Source: Phycisphaerales bacterium (GTDB lineage: Bacteria > Planctomycetota > Phycisphaerae > Tepidisphaerales > Tepidisphaeraceae). From it: a stretch of 51,394 bases of DNA. This document shows positions 17,016-28,600 of the stretch, piece by piece. Every line of letters starts with the position of its first letter. The first letter of the stretch is position 1. Location of the stretch: the NCBI GenBank assembly GCA_034666045.1, contig JAXDMN010000432.1:1-51394 (forward strand), written 5' to 3'. The notes under the pieces are model-generated. The model did no database searches, had not been told where the DNA came from, and worked only from the letters and a program-made list of their open reading frames with translations. A program made the position numbers and the translations under genes.

Positions 17016-19313
17016 CTAAATAATCTGCCGTTCGTCGTCGGTGGGAATTCGCGAACAGGCAAGCCGGAAAGCGTGCGTGATGCGCTGATCGTCGTCCCCT
17101 TTGACTTCTTTCAGCGTCCGCGCCGCCAGCGCGCGGGAAAACTCCATCCACGCCGTGTCGTTCAGCAGGTTGAGCGCCTGAAGCGGTGTGTTTGATCGGA
17201 TGCGCCGCGTGCAGGCGGAGATCGCATCCGGCGCATCGAACGTCGACAACGCCGGGTGCAGCGAATTGCGGAACGAGAACGTGTACATCCCGCGACGATA
17301 ACGGTTCGCGCCCTTGCTCTCGCGCCACTCGTGCTTCACCTGCCCAAGGGACATCACGCCATCCGCAATCGGCGGAAAGACACTCGGCCCGCCAATTTGT
17401 TCGGTCAGCAAACCGGACGACGTCAGCGCGACATCGCGCACGATCTCCGCATCGAGCCGCATGCGCGACTGGCGGGCGAGCAGCTTGTTGTACGGGTCGC
17501 TCGTTTCGAGGTCCGGCCGGGCATTGGAGGATTGGCGGTAGGTCGTCGACGTGACGATCAGCCAGTGAATGTGCTTGAGGCTCCACTTGTTGGCGATCAG
17601 CTCCGTCGCGAGGAAGTCGAGCAGCTCCGGATGCGTTGGCGCGATACCCTGCGAGCCGAAATCGTTCTCCGTCTCGACGATGCCGCGGCCGAAATACTGC
17701 TGCCAGATTCGGTTCACGACCACGCGGGCGGTGAGTGGATTCTCCGCGTCGGTGATCCACTTCGCGAGATCGAGCCGCGTCGGCTTGGTCGCCGGCGATG
17801 CCTTGAGCGGATGCAAAACCGCGGGCACGCCGGGGGAAACTTCTTCGCCGTGCCGGGTGAAGTCGCCCTTGATGAACAGGTGCGTCTTGCGCGAGTCCTT
17901 CGCGCGCTCGGCCATCACCAGCGTCGTTGCGCCGTCGCTGAGCTGCTTCTTGACCGCCGCCAGGTCGTCCGCCATCGCGCCGAAATCATTGTCGGCGGAT
18001 CGCAGCGCCGCCTGCACGGCTTGCTGCTGCTTGGCGTCGCGCTTCTCCGCCGCGATCGCTAGTGCCGCCTGCGCTTCCGGCTTGAGCGTCTGGCGCTGCG
18101 CGTCGGTGAGCGACGATTCCCACGACGCCACCTTCTGCTTGACTGCCGCGTCGAGCTCCGCGATGCGCTCGGTGAGCGTTTCGACCTCTTTCGGATCCGT
18201 CACGCCGCTCACCTTGAGCGTCGGCTCGTCGGCGTTGTTGAAGAACGCGAAGAGCTGATAAAACTCCTTCTGCGCGATCGGATCGAACTTGTGGTCGTGG
18301 CACTGCGCGCACGCGACGGTGAGCCCGAGGAAAACAGTCGCGGTGGTCCCGACGCGATCGATGATCGACTCGATGCGAAACTGTTCCGGATCAATCCCGC
18401 CCTCGGTGTTGATCTGCGTATTGCGATGAAACCCGGTCGCGATCTTCTGCTCCAGCGTGGCGCCCGGGAGCATGTCGCCCGCGAGCTGCTCGATGGTGAA
18501 GCGATCGAAGGGCATGTCCGCGTTCATCGCGCTAATAACCCAGTCGCGATACGGCCAGACGGAGCGCGGGAAATCGTGCGCGTAGCCGTTGGAGTCGGCG
18601 TAGCGGGCGTAATCGAGCCAGTGCCGCGCCTGCCGCTCGCCGAAGTGGGGCGACGCGATCAGGCGGTCGACTGCTTTCTCGTATGCATCGCTGGATGAAT
18701 CGTTGATGAACGCGTCGAGGTCTGCGGGGGAAGGGGGGAGCCCGGTTAAGTCGAGCGCGGCGCGCCGGAGCAGAGTGGGCTTTTCCGCGACGAGGGAGGG
18801 TTTGATCCCCTCCTTGTCCAACCGCGCGAGAATGAAATGGTCGATTGGATTCCCCGCGCCCGCAAGGGCGGGGCTTAGCGAGGGAATTTCCGGTCGCACC
18901 GGTTTCTCATATGCCCAATGTTTCCCCCACTTCGCTCCCTGCTCAACCCAGCGCTTGAGCACATCGATCTGCTGCGGCGTGAGATGCTTATTCGAGTTCG
19001 CCGGTGGCATGCGGACGTCGTCGTCATCCGCCGTGATGCGCATGACCAGCGTGCTGTCGTCGACGTTACCCGGCGCGATGATCGCGTATCCATCGCGCGG
19101 CGCAAGCGGGCCGAGCTTCGGATCGAGCACGTCCAGCCGCAGGTCCGCCTGCCGCGCCGCGCCGTCCGGGCCGTGGCACTTGTAGCAGTTGTCGGACAGG
19201 ATCGGCTTCACATCGCGCGCGAAGTCCACCTTCTCGTCCGCCGCGACTGCGACGTTCGCCAGCGACGAAACGACAAGCGTAATCAGCGCAGCAATGCGAC
19301 TTAACGTGACCAA
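17016..19313 (-). CDS. PSCyt1 / DUF1549 (PSCyt2) / DUF1553 (PSD1) planctomycete cytochrome-c-domain protein
   Basis: [19 protein letters not shown] is the CxxCH of PSCyt1. IDHFILARL is DUF1549-like and [12 protein letters not shown] is DUF1553-like. I place the start at TTG 19313, giving the signal peptide (M)[24 protein letters not shown]. The 133 aa upstream in the track ORF are not plausible coding sequence. This is the classical pairing with the downstream DUF1501 gene. Confidence 0.85.
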   Translation of the reverse strand: MVTLSRIAALITLVVSSLANVAVAADEKVDFARDVKPILSDNCYKCHGPDGAARQADLRLDVLDPKLGPLAPRDGYAIIAPGNVDDSTLVMRITADDDDVRMPPANSNKHLTPQQIDVLKRWVEQGAKWGKHWAYEKPVRPEIPSLSPALAGAGNPIDHFILARLDKEGIKPSLVAEKPTLLRRAALDLTGLPPSPADLDAFINDSSSDAYEKAVDRLIASPHFGERQARHWLDYARYADSNGYAHDFPRSVWPYRDWVISAMNADMPFDRFTIEQLAGDMLPGATLEQKIATGFHRNTQINTEGGIDPEQFRIESIIDRVGTTATVFLGLTVACAQCHDHKFDPIAQKEFYQLFAFFNNADEPTLKVSGVTDPKEVETLTERIAELDAAVKQKVASWESSLTDAQRQTLKPEAQAALAIAAEKRDAKQQQAVQAALRSADNDFGAMADDLAAVKKQLSDGATTLVMAERAKDSRKTHLFIKGDFTRHGEEVSPGVPAVLHPLKASPATKPTRLDLAKWITDAENPLTARVVVNRIWQQYFGRGIVETENDFGSQGIAPTHPELLDFLATELIANKWSLKHIHWLIVTSTTYRQSSNARPDLETSDPYNKLLARQSRMRLDAEIVRDVALTSSGLLTEQIGGPSVFPPIADGVMSLGQVKHEWRESKGANRYRRGMYTFSFRNSLHPALSTFDAPDAISACTRRIRSNTPLQALNLLNDTAWMEFSRALAARTLKEVKGDDDQRITHAFRLACSRIPTDDERQII

Positions 19314-19422
19314 ACGGTGCTCTCCCGGCGAACGAAACGATCCCGGCCGCTGATAATACCCCGGCGGGCCGCCGATGTTCAGGCTGGATCGGGAGAAACG
19401 GTCGTGGTAGAAACCACAAGGG

Positions 19423-22107
19423 TTGCGAAAGCATCCGAGGATTCGTTCATCCGCGAAACAGCGGCAGGGGAACGGCAGCCGCGACCGGCAAACATCGCGC
19501 TCGCCTGCCGGTCGCTTCAACGGCAAATCCGCCAACCCGGATGCGCAGCGATCGTCGCCGACGACGAAGTCCGGCCGGCATGATGGCTTCGTCGAGGTCC
19601 GCGGTGCGCGGGAGCACAACCTGAAGAATATTGACGTCCAGATGCCCCGCGATTCTTTGGTCGTCTTCACGGGGGTTTCAGGGAGCGGAAAATCATCGCT
19701 CGCCTTCGGCACGCTCTACGCCGAGGCGCAGCGGCGATACCTGGAATCGGTGAACCCGTACGCCCGGCGACTGTTCCATCAAATGTCGCCGCCGCAGGTG
19801 GACGAAATTGACGGCCTGCCGCCGGCGGTGGCGCTCCAGCAGCAGCGGGGGACGCCGACGACGCGATCGAGCGTCGGCAGCGTCACGACGCTCTCGAACC
19901 TGCTCCGCATGCTCTATTCCCGCGCCGGCGATTACCCGCCGAGCCAGTCGATTCTGTACGCCGAGTCATTCTCGCCCAACACGCCCGAAGGCGCATGTCC
20001 GACGTGTCACGGCCTCGGTCGCATCTACGACGTGACCGAGAAATCGATGGTGCCGGACGACACGAAGACGATCCGCGATCGCGCCATCGCCGCCTGGCCG
20101 GTCGCGTGGCAGGGCCAGAACCTGCGCGACATCGTGACGACGATGGGCATCGACATCGACAAGCCGTGGCGCGAGCTGCCGAAGAAAACGCGCGATTGGC
20201 TGCTGTTCACAGATGAGCAGCCGCAGGTTCCGGTCTACGCCGGCTGGGACATGGACGAAGTCCGCCGCGCCATCAAGCGCAAGGAAGAGCCGAGCTACAT
20301 GGGGACGTTCACCGGCGCGAAGAAGCACGTCTTGCAGTCGTTCGCGACGACGCAAAGCGCGATGATGAAGCGGCGTGTGGCGCAGTTCATGGTGAGCACG
20401 GAATGTCCGGAGTGTCACGGCAAACGGCTGCGGCGCGAGGCGCAGCGGGTGAAGTTCGAGGGCCTCGACATCATGGAACTCTCCCGGCTGCCGCTCAAGC
20501 GTCTCGATGCCATCTTTCGCCCCTGCGCCGACGGCACCGGTCCGCGCTGCGCGAAGCTGGAGGCGAAGCACCCGGAGAAGGCGGAGGTCACACGCCGCAT
20601 CTCGGAAGATCTGATCGCCCGACTCTCCGTGATGCTCGACCTTGGTCTCGGGTATCTGACGCTGGACCGCAGCACGCCGACCTTGTCGCCGGGCGAGCTG
20701 CAGCGCTTGCGGCTGGCGACGCAGGTGCGATCGAATCTGTTCGGCGTGGTCTACGTGCTGGATGAGCCGTCGGCGGGGCTGCATCCGGCGGATACGGAAG
20801 CGCTGCTCGGCGCGCTTGACGGACTCAAAGCGTCGGGCAACTCGCTCTTCGTCGTCGAGCACGAGATCGATGTGATCCGTCACGCCGACTGGATCGTCGA
20901 CGTCGGCCCGGCGGCGGGGGAACACGGCGGCGAGATCCTTTACAGCGGCCCGCCGGATGGTTTGAAACGCGTCGAGCAATCGGAGACGCGCCGGTATCTC
21001 TTCGGCGATTATGTGTTGCCCGAGCGCACGCCGCGGAAACCCAAGGGGTGGCTGAAGCTCACGGGCGTCACGCGGAACAACCTGGAAAAACTCGACGTCG
21101 CATTCCCGCTCGGCGTGATGACGTCCGTCACCGGCGTTTCGGGCTCCGGCAAGTCGAGCCTCGTCAGCCAGGTGCTGCCGGAACTGGTCGCGGATCATCT
21201 CGGGCACAACCTCGAGCAGGACGAGGAAGACGTCGCCGATCTTGAGCACACGCCGGTCGAAACGCTCGGCGGGCACATCGTCAGCGGCATCGAAGAGATC
21301 AAGCGTCTCGTGCGAGTCGACCAGAAACCGATCGGCCGCACGCCGCGGTCGAACCTCGCGACGTACACCGGCCTCTTCGACTACGTGCGCAAAATCTTCG
21401 CCGACACGAAAGCCGCCCGCGCGCGAAAGTACGACGCCGGTCGGTTCTCCTTCAACGTCGCGAAGGGCCGCTGTGAAAATTGCGAGGGCGAAGGGTTCGT
21501 GATGGTCGAACTGCTGTTTTTGCCCAGCGTCTACGCGCCGTGCCCCGTTTGTCACGGCTCGCGCTACAACGCGAAGACGCTTGAGATCACGTATCGCGAT
21601 AAGAACATCGCTGAAGTGCTCGGCCTGACCGTCGACGCCGCGTATGAATTTTTCGCCGACGAGCCGCACCTGCATCGCTCGCTCGACGTCCTCCGCCAGG
21701 TCGGCCTGGGCTATCTTCGTCTCGGCCAGCCCGCGACGGAATTATCCGGCGGCGAAGCGCAGCGAATAAAACTTGCAACCGAGCTGCAACGAATGAGCCG
21801 CGGCAACACACTGTACATTCTGGACGAGCCGACGACGGGCCTGCATCCGAGCGACGTGGAAAAACTCGTCGCTCAGCTTGACGGCCTGGTCGAGGCGGGC
21901 AACACCGTGATCGTCGTCGAGCACGATATGCGCGTGGTCGCGCACAGCGACTGGACGATCGACATGGGCCCCGGCGCGGGCGATGAGGGCGGCCACATTG
22001 TGGTTTCCGCTCCACCCGTCGAGGTATCTAAATCTTCCCGTAGCCGCACCGCACCGTATTTGCGGCGGTTTTTGGAGGACGCCGGGCAACCCGTCGCGGC
22101 CGCGTAG
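19423..22107 (+). CDS. uvrA2: Class II UvrA paralogue (excinuclease ABC subunit A-like ATPase lacking the UvrB-binding domain)
   Basis: [16 protein letters not shown], two Walker A motifs ([10 protein letters not shown] twice), two ABC signatures ([18 protein letters not shown]), and Zn modules [33 protein letters not shown]. The segment between LYSRAG and CPTCHG is only about 25 aa, whereas canonical UvrA inserts its UvrB-binding domain of about 130 aa there. The only canonical in-frame start is TTG 19423, which gives a basic leader of about 55 aa. Confidence 0.9.
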   Translation: MRKHPRIRSSAKQRQGNGSRDRQTSRSPAGRFNGKSANPDAQRSSPTTKSGRHDGFVEVRGAREHNLKNIDVQMPRDSLVVFTGVSGSGKSSLAFGTLYAEAQRRYLESVNPYARRLFHQMSPPQVDEIDGLPPAVALQQQRGTPTTRSSVGSVTTLSNLLRMLYSRAGDYPPSQSILYAESFSPNTPEGACPTCHGLGRIYDVTEKSMVPDDTKTIRDRAIAAWPVAWQGQNLRDIVTTMGIDIDKPWRELPKKTRDWLLFTDEQPQVPVYAGWDMDEVRRAIKRKEEPSYMGTFTGAKKHVLQSFATTQSAMMKRRVAQFMVSTECPECHGKRLRREAQRVKFEGLDIMELSRLPLKRLDAIFRPCADGTGPRCAKLEAKHPEKAEVTRRISEDLIARLSVMLDLGLGYLTLDRSTPTLSPGELQRLRLATQVRSNLFGVVYVLDEPSAGLHPADTEALLGALDGLKASGNSLFVVEHEIDVIRHADWIVDVGPAAGEHGGEILYSGPPDGLKRVEQSETRRYLFGDYVLPERTPRKPKGWLKLTGVTRNNLEKLDVAFPLGVMTSVTGVSGSGKSSLVSQVLPELVADHLGHNLEQDEEDVADLEHTPVETLGGHIVSGIEEIKRLVRVDQKPIGRTPRSNLATYTGLFDYVRKIFADTKAARARKYDAGRFSFNVAKGRCENCEGEGFVMVELLFLPSVYAPCPVCHGSRYNAKTLEITYRDKNIAEVLGLTVDAAYEFFADEPHLHRSLDVLRQVGLGYLRLGQPATELSGGEAQRIKLATELQRMSRGNTLYILDEPTTGLHPSDVEKLVAQLDGLVEAGNTVIVVEHDMRVVAHSDWTIDMGPGAGDEGGHIVVSAPPVEVSKSSRSRTAPYLRRFLEDAGQPVAAA

Positions 22108-22242
22108 ACGGGGTGACATCCCTGTTTGGGGAACTGTGACCGCGCCGCCACGCGCGGGTAACCTATTCGGCCGCACGCTGACCGGCGAGGGCATCTTCGG
22201 TCGGCGCGGCATCTGTCTCGGAATAATCGGAGGAGAGAGTGC

Positions 22243-24429
22243 ATGTTTGTCGAACAACTTGAATCGCGGCGGCTGATGAGTCTCGTCACGCCGCTCGCGG
22301 ATTTGCTCGTGGACGCCAACCGCGATGGCGTGATCAATGCAATCGATGATGCGGGCGAGGATATCTGGACGAACGGAATATCCGGTCGCGGCGCGGTGAT
22401 CCTTCCCAACATCGACAAGGACAACACGACCACTGGCGCACCGGATAACTGGACCGGCGGCGTGTGGAACGGCAAGCCGGTCGCGCCCAACAACGTCATC
22501 GACAACGCCGCCGACCTGCTCGACATCGGCAAGCTGCGGCTGAAAAAGCTCGGCGTCGATGACGCGTACAACTACCGCGTCACGATTCGGCTTCTCAAGC
22601 CGGCGAGCGATCCGGCGTGGTTGAAGAACACAGCCGCCGCCGACCGCGTGCGGATTTTCTTCCCGACAAAACAACTCGCCAACGGAGATGTCGTCGCGCA
22701 GGCGGGTGATATCGCGGTCATCGGTCCCGGCCAGGCCGATACAATCCGCTTCGTCGCCAACCCGGCGGCGGTGAACGAGTACAACGTGATGGATCTCGGC
22801 AGCGCGGGATGGATGGAGTTCGGCATTGAAGGTCTCAAAGCGGGCGCGCAGGTGCGCGTGCGCGTGACGGTCGAGTACATCCCGATCTTCGAGACCCAGC
22901 CGCCGACGGCGCTTGACGATGTCCCGATCGATCCGCCGCCGACGATCGACGAGATTGCCATTCGCGTCGCGCCGTTCGTGCTTCAGGACAACCGCCAGGC
23001 CGCCTCGCGCGTGTTCATTGAAAACATGAACCTCTACCCCGGCTTCGACAACGCCGCCGCGCGGGCCGTGCTGAAGCAGGCGTTCGGCACGCGCTACGCG
23101 GAGTCGAAGACCGGCGATCTCTGGCAGCAGGACGGCTACGAGATCGGCTACGCGCGCACGCCGACCGGGCAGATGCCGATCGTGCTCGAGCTGCCGCGGG
23201 CGCGCAACGGTTTGTTCGACACGGTGAACACGATGCGCACGTTCATTCGCGGCTCGCTGCTGGCGGCGGGCGTTGGCGTCAACATCGAGCTGGCGTCGCA
23301 GCTCATCGTTTCCGCCTCGTCATTCGGCGGCGACATCGAATCGCTTCCGCGTCCCGGGGCGCCCGCCGGCGCGCCGGGATTCCTCGTCGCCAGCGGCATG
23401 CCGACGTACATGAAGGATTTCTTCGCCGCCCAGGGCGTGAATCCGCTGCTGGATTTGAAGCTCGACGACTGGCTCGGCATCGCGCACGTGGACGAAGTCG
23501 TGCAACTCGCGTCCAACGGCAACAAGCTCCTCATCGCCGACCCCGACCTTGCCTGGGCGCTGGCGCTGTGGGCAACGAAAATCGACCCCAATGTCCGCAT
23601 GCTCGCGAAGATGAACAGCAACGAGGGACTGCCCGATTACACCGCCGAAGGAATCAAGGCCAGCCTCTTCCTCAACAACGCGACCTTCCGCAAACAAAAC
23701 CTGCAATTCGCGCAGAGCTCGACGCGTCTTCGCGGCTTGTACGACGCGGTGAAGAAGGCGATGAAGCTGACTGACGAGCTTTCGGCGCCTCTCAAATGGG
23801 CCAGTGCTACCGGCACGGTCTCGCTTCTGCGCGGCGGCGCCTTCACGAGCATGATCGGAAACGTCAAGCGCACGTTCCAGGTGAAGTTCCTCGACGGCGA
23901 TCGCTATCAACTGCAATATCGCGACGAAGGCGGCGCGTACTCGAAGTGGTTCGAGGGCCGCAAATCGCGCGACGAAGTCTTCACAGACGCAAAGGCATTT
24001 TTGCTCAAGGAATACTGGACCGGCACCGCCAAGACGGGCGACCGCTTCACCTTCACGACCAACCCGGCGGCGACGCTGATCAAGATGCCGGTGCTGTTCG
24101 CGACGTTCGGCCTGCTCTTCGATCCGCCCGGCTCGCCTCCTCCCGTGCAGCCGTGGCGGCTCGGCGCATTCACCACGAACCACATCAACTCCATCGTCGA
24201 CGGCCAGACCGTCGTCACCGGCAGCTCGTACGGCCCGCGCGTCAACTTCGACGGCAGCGGCGTCAAGAAGGACCTGTTCGACGCCTACGCCACCTCCGCT
24301 TTCCGCGCCGCCGGCTTCACGAAGATCTTCTTCGCCGACGCGCGCCTGTACCACGACTCCAGCGGCAGCCTGCATTGCGGGACCAACGTGATCCGCACCA
24401 TGCCGTCAGCGAAATGGTGGGAGGCGTAG
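22243..24429 (+). CDS. Protein-arginine deiminase (PAD) family homologue
   Basis: WQQDGYEIGY (compare PAD4 WMQDEMEIGY), IAHVDEVVQL (the H-x-D pair), and C-terminal SLHCGTNVIR (catalytic Cys, codon 24376-24378). A DANRDGVINAIDD Ca-type motif lies in the N-terminal domain. GGAGGAG is the RBS upstream of ATG 22243. Confidence 0.8.
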   Translation: MFVEQLESRRLMSLVTPLADLLVDANRDGVINAIDDAGEDIWTNGISGRGAVILPNIDKDNTTTGAPDNWTGGVWNGKPVAPNNVIDNAADLLDIGKLRLKKLGVDDAYNYRVTIRLLKPASDPAWLKNTAAADRVRIFFPTKQLANGDVVAQAGDIAVIGPGQADTIRFVANPAAVNEYNVMDLGSAGWMEFGIEGLKAGAQVRVRVTVEYIPIFETQPPTALDDVPIDPPPTIDEIAIRVAPFVLQDNRQAASRVFIENMNLYPGFDNAAARAVLKQAFGTRYAESKTGDLWQQDGYEIGYARTPTGQMPIVLELPRARNGLFDTVNTMRTFIRGSLLAAGVGVNIELASQLIVSASSFGGDIESLPRPGAPAGAPGFLVASGMPTYMKDFFAAQGVNPLLDLKLDDWLGIAHVDEVVQLASNGNKLLIADPDLAWALALWATKIDPNVRMLAKMNSNEGLPDYTAEGIKASLFLNNATFRKQNLQFAQSSTRLRGLYDAVKKAMKLTDELSAPLKWASATGTVSLLRGGAFTSMIGNVKRTFQVKFLDGDRYQLQYRDEGGAYSKWFEGRKSRDEVFTDAKAFLLKEYWTGTAKTGDRFTFTTNPAATLIKMPVLFATFGLLFDPPGSPPPVQPWRLGAFTTNHINSIVDGQTVVTGSSYGPRVNFDGSGVKKDLFDAYATSAFRAAGFTKIFFADARLYHDSSGSLHCGTNVIRTMPSAKWWEA

Positions 24430-24468
24430 GCCGAGCTGTGATTTCAATTTGAAAGCAGGAAACGGAGC

Positions 24469-25578
24469 GTGACAATCAGATCGGGCGGGTATCGTCCGGT
24501 CATGATCATGGAATTGAAATCGCCACCGTCATTCACCACGGCAGAAGACCGCTGGCAGGCCGTGCAGTCGCGCGACGTCGACGCCGACGGGAAGTTCGTC
24601 TACTCGGTAAAGACGACCGGCGTCTATTGCCGGCCGTCTTGTGCGGCGCGGCGGGCGCGGCGGGAGAACGTTGAGTTTCATCGGACGCCCGCGGACGCCG
24701 AGCGCGCCGGATTCCGGGCGTGCAAGCGATGCAAGCCTGCTGATCCCAATGCCGGCGACGAGCACGCGGACGCCGTTACCAGGGCGTGCAAATTGATCGA
24801 GGCCGCCGACGAGACGTGGGACGTCGACACCCTCGCCGCCGACGTCGGCATGAGCGCGTCGCACTTTCATCGAGTCTTCAAATTGCAGACCGGCTTGACG
24901 CCCAAGGCGTATGCGACCGCGCATCGGGCCCGCCGGGTCCGTGACGAGCTCGCGCACGGCGAGAGCGTCACGTCCGCCATCTACAACGCCGGCTTCAATT
25001 CCAATGGCCGCTTCTACGCGACGTCGACGAAGACGCTTGGCATGAAGCCATCGACCTTCCGCGCCGGCGGCGCCGGCGCGACGATTCGCTTTTCGGTCGG
25101 CGAGTGTTCGCTCGGCTCGATCCTCGTCGCTGTGTCTGAGATCGGCATCTGCGCGATCTCGCTTGGCGATGATCCCGAGGAACTGGTGAAGTGGCTGCAG
25201 GATCGCTTCCGCAAAGCGGAGTTCATCGGCAGCGACAAGGAGTTCGAAAAACTCGTCGGGAAGGTCATCGCCTTCGTCGAGCGCCCGGCGATCGGCCTGA
25301 AGCTGCCGCTCGACGTGCGAGGCACCGCGTTTCAGCAGCGGGTTTGGCAGAAACTGTCAGAGATCCCTTGCGGAACGACGCGCACGTACTCCGACATCGC
25401 CGCCGAGCTGGGCATGCCGAAGTCGACTCGCGCCGTCGGCCAAGCATGCGGCGCCAACCCGATCGCCGTCGCCATTCCGTGCCATCGCGTCGTTCGCACC
25501 GATGGCTCGCTCTCCGGCTATCGCTGGGGCATCGCGCGCAAGGCGAAGCTGCTGAAATCCGAACGCGGCACAAGCTGA
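24469..25578 (+). CDS. ada: Bifunctional Ada: methylphosphotriester-DNA methyltransferase/AraC-type activator + O6-methylguanine-DNA methyltransferase
   Basis: N-terminal Zn cluster CRPSC...CKRCKP, an AraC HTH (SASHFHRVFKLQTGLTPKAY), and the C-terminal active site IPCHRVV. The track start is GTG 24469. ATG 24502 or 24508 (MELKSPP...) is more consistent with Ada N-termini. Confidence 0.9.
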   Translation: MTIRSGGYRPVMIMELKSPPSFTTAEDRWQAVQSRDVDADGKFVYSVKTTGVYCRPSCAARRARRENVEFHRTPADAERAGFRACKRCKPADPNAGDEHADAVTRACKLIEAADETWDVDTLAADVGMSASHFHRVFKLQTGLTPKAYATAHRARRVRDELAHGESVTSAIYNAGFNSNGRFYATSTKTLGMKPSTFRAGGAGATIRFSVGECSLGSILVAVSEIGICAISLGDDPEELVKWLQDRFRKAEFIGSDKEFEKLVGKVIAFVERPAIGLKLPLDVRGTAFQQRVWQKLSEIPCGTTRTYSDIAAELGMPKSTRAVGQACGANPIAVAIPCHRVVRTDGSLSGYRWGIARKAKLLKSERGTS

Positions 25579-25613
25579 TAAAACGCCCGCGCCGCTCTCG
25601 CGTAAGGACCAGT

Positions 25614-28600
25614 ATGAACCGATGCTGGACGGCGATCGCGTTGTGCCTGATGTTGCTTGCCGGCGACGCGCACGCCGCCGACAAAATCCCCAAAGACGTC
25701 ACCGCGCCAGCCGGTTTCGAGATGACGCTCTTCGCCGCGCCGCCGGAGGTCAATTACCCGACCTGCCTGACTGCCACGCCGCGCGGCGAATTGTTCGTAG
25801 GCATCGACGACCAGGGTTCGCTCGGCAAGGACGCCAACCGCGGTCGCATCGTGCGCTGCGTCGATACCGACAACGACGGCGCCGCCGACGAAATAAAAAC
25901 GTTCACGAAGCTCGATCACCCGCGCGGCCTCGTCTGGGATGACGCGACCCACGCGCTCTACGTCCTCCATCCGCCAACGCTGTCGCGCTTTTATGACGAC
26001 AACAGCGACGGCGTCGCCGATCGCTCCGAGACGCTCGTCACCGCGATCGGCAATCACAAGGCGACCGCCCAGCAGGGCGCCGATCACACCACGAACGGCA
26101 TCCGCCTCGGCATCGACGGCTGGATCTACATCGCCGTCGGCGATTTCGGAATCATCGACGCGACCGGCAGCGACGGAAAACATCTGACGCTGCACGGCGG
26201 CGGGATCGTGCGCGTGCGCACGGACGGCCGCGACATCGAAATCTTCGCGACCGGCATGCGCAACATCTACGACGTCGCGATCGATCCGTTCATGAACGTT
26301 TTTTCCCGCGACAACACCAACGACGGCAACGGCTGGAACGACCGCGTCACCTTTAGTCCGCCGGGTGCGTATCACGGTTATCCGAGCCGCTTCCGGCGCT
26401 TCCCGCAGGAGATCGTCGACTGTCTCACCGACACCGGCAGCGGTTCGCCCTGCGGCGTGCTGTGCGTCGACGAGCCGGCGCTGCCCGAGCCGCACCGCCG
26501 CGCGTTTTACACCGTCGAGTGGGGGCAGAATCGCGTCGATCGCCATCCGCTCGTCGCGCGCGGCGCAGGATTCACCGCGTCGACTGACAAGGTGATGGAC
26601 GTGCCGCGCGGCATCGACATCGACGTCGATGGCGTCGGCCGGCTGTACGTCGCGTCGTGGGCGGGCGGGGGATTTAGTTACACCGATCCGAACGTCGGCT
26701 ACATCCTCCGCCTGACGCCCAAAGGTCGCGCGCCGACCACGTTTGCCAACCTCCACATTGCAAGCGACGCGGAATTGCTGAACCATCTCGCCTCGCCGAG
26801 CGGCGTGTGCCGGCAGGCGGCGCAGCGAGAAATCCTGCGACGCGGCGACAAGGCGATCTTCGCTGATGGGCTGGCGAAGCTTGCCGAGTCCGATGGTCCT
26901 CTCGCCGCACGCGTCGCCGCTGTCTTTTCGCTCAAGATGTTGCGCGGTCCGGCGGCCGATGCGGCCTTGGTCGAATTGTCGCGACGTGATGAGCTGCGCG
27001 AGTTCGCGCTGCGCGCGCTTGCCGATCGAAAGGGCGATTCGTCCGCCGTCCTGCCCGAGCTGTTCGTCGCCGCGCTGAAGGATGCGAACCCGCGCGTGCG
27101 GCTCATCGCCGCGTGGGGCCTCGGCCGGCTCGGTCACGCCAATGCGGCGGCTGCGATCGTGCCCCTGACGATCGATCCGGATCCGCTGGTTGCCCATGTG
27201 GCGGTGAATACTCTCGTCGAGCTCAATGCCGCGGACCCTTGCCTCGCGGCCATCACTGACACTGATGAAAAACGCGCCGGCGGCGCGGCCAACGCGCTGC
27301 ACCGGATGCACGATCCGGCCGTTGTCGAACGCCTCGTCGCGCGTCTCGATCAGGTCAAAAATCCCGCCGTTCGCACGCACATCTTCCGCGCCCTCGCACG
27401 GCTCCACTCGCGTGAAAAGGATTGGGACGGCGAATGGTGGCAGACGCGCCCCGACACAACCGGCCCGTACTTTCAACCGGTCGCCTGGACCGCGACGCCG
27501 CGCATCGCCGAGGTGATACGGCGCGCGCTCGCGACTGAATCGCCGCAGACGGTTCGCTCGCTCGTTGTCGACTGTGCCGCCAACCGCGTTGACCTGCAGG
27601 AAGTGAACGAGCGGCTCCTCGCGGTCGATCCGACGGATTCGGCGCTCTGCCTCGCGCTGCTCGATACGCTGGTCCGCCGGCAGCAGTTGTCTGACGGGCA
27701 GATCGCGGCGGCGAAAACAATCATGAACGCCGAAGCGGCCGAGCCGGCGGTGCGCGTGAAGACCATCCAGGTGCTGAGCTGGGAATGGGCGAGCGATCCC
27801 GCGATCGCAGCGGTGGTCGATGCCCTCGGCAACATCACCGCAACCGAATCGCCGCCCGCCGAACTCGCCGCCGCGATGGAATCGTTCATTCAGAATGCGC
27901 AGCTCGCCGGGCGTATCCCGCTGCTGGCGCGTTTGGCGAGCAGCGGATCGAAAGGGCAGCGCGAGATCGCACTGACGGCGCTGGTGACCATCGCGGAAAG
28001 CAAGTTGACCGAGCCTGAGCCACGCCGTGCCGCGGAATCCGCAATCGCCGCCGCATGGCAGGATCCCGCCGCCGTCGAGCCGCTGCTTGCCGCGATCGGC
28101 CGCACGAAGGCGAAGCGCTACCGCGACGACGTCCGCGTCCGCATGCGCGACAACGACGCCGCAATCGCTCGCGCCGCCGTCGCCGTCGCGCGACGCCTCG
28201 GCATCTCTGAAACCGCGACGACGACGCAGGCGAGTGAGACCATCGCGTCAATCGGTTACGAAAAATCGCTCGCCACCGTCCTGAAAACCCCCGGCGACGC
28301 GACGCGCGGCAAGGAGCTCTTCGCCAGCCAGGGCTGCGTCGCCTGTCACACCGTCTCGCCCGCGGACCTGCCCAAGGGTCCGTTCCTCGGCGGAATCGCG
28401 ACGCGCTACAGCCGCAGCGAGATCTTCGAGTCACTCGTCAAGCCCAGCGCCAAGATCGCCCAGGGTTTTGAGACGCAATGGTTCAAGATGAAGGACGATG
28501 TCCTCGAAGGTTTCGTCACGCGCGACGCCGCCGATGAGATCGAGCTGCGCGACGCGAACGGCAAAACCATCGTGCTGAAAAAAGCCCAAGTGAAAGCCCG

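Noticed and set aside
4378-27476. Other long ORFs opposite or out of frame with recognised genes: 4378-5640(-), 8593-9666(-), 9785-10714(-), 10888-11523(-), 12519-13889(-), 13877-15349(-), 15968-16873(-), 16870-17760(-), 19966-21675(-), 21742-22674(-), 23320-24375(-), 25518-27476(-), 13777-14760(+)
   Set aside because: Each overlaps a gene with strong family motifs in another frame or strand and shows Arg/Ala/Pro/Gly-rich low-complexity translation. I treat them as non-coding shadows.
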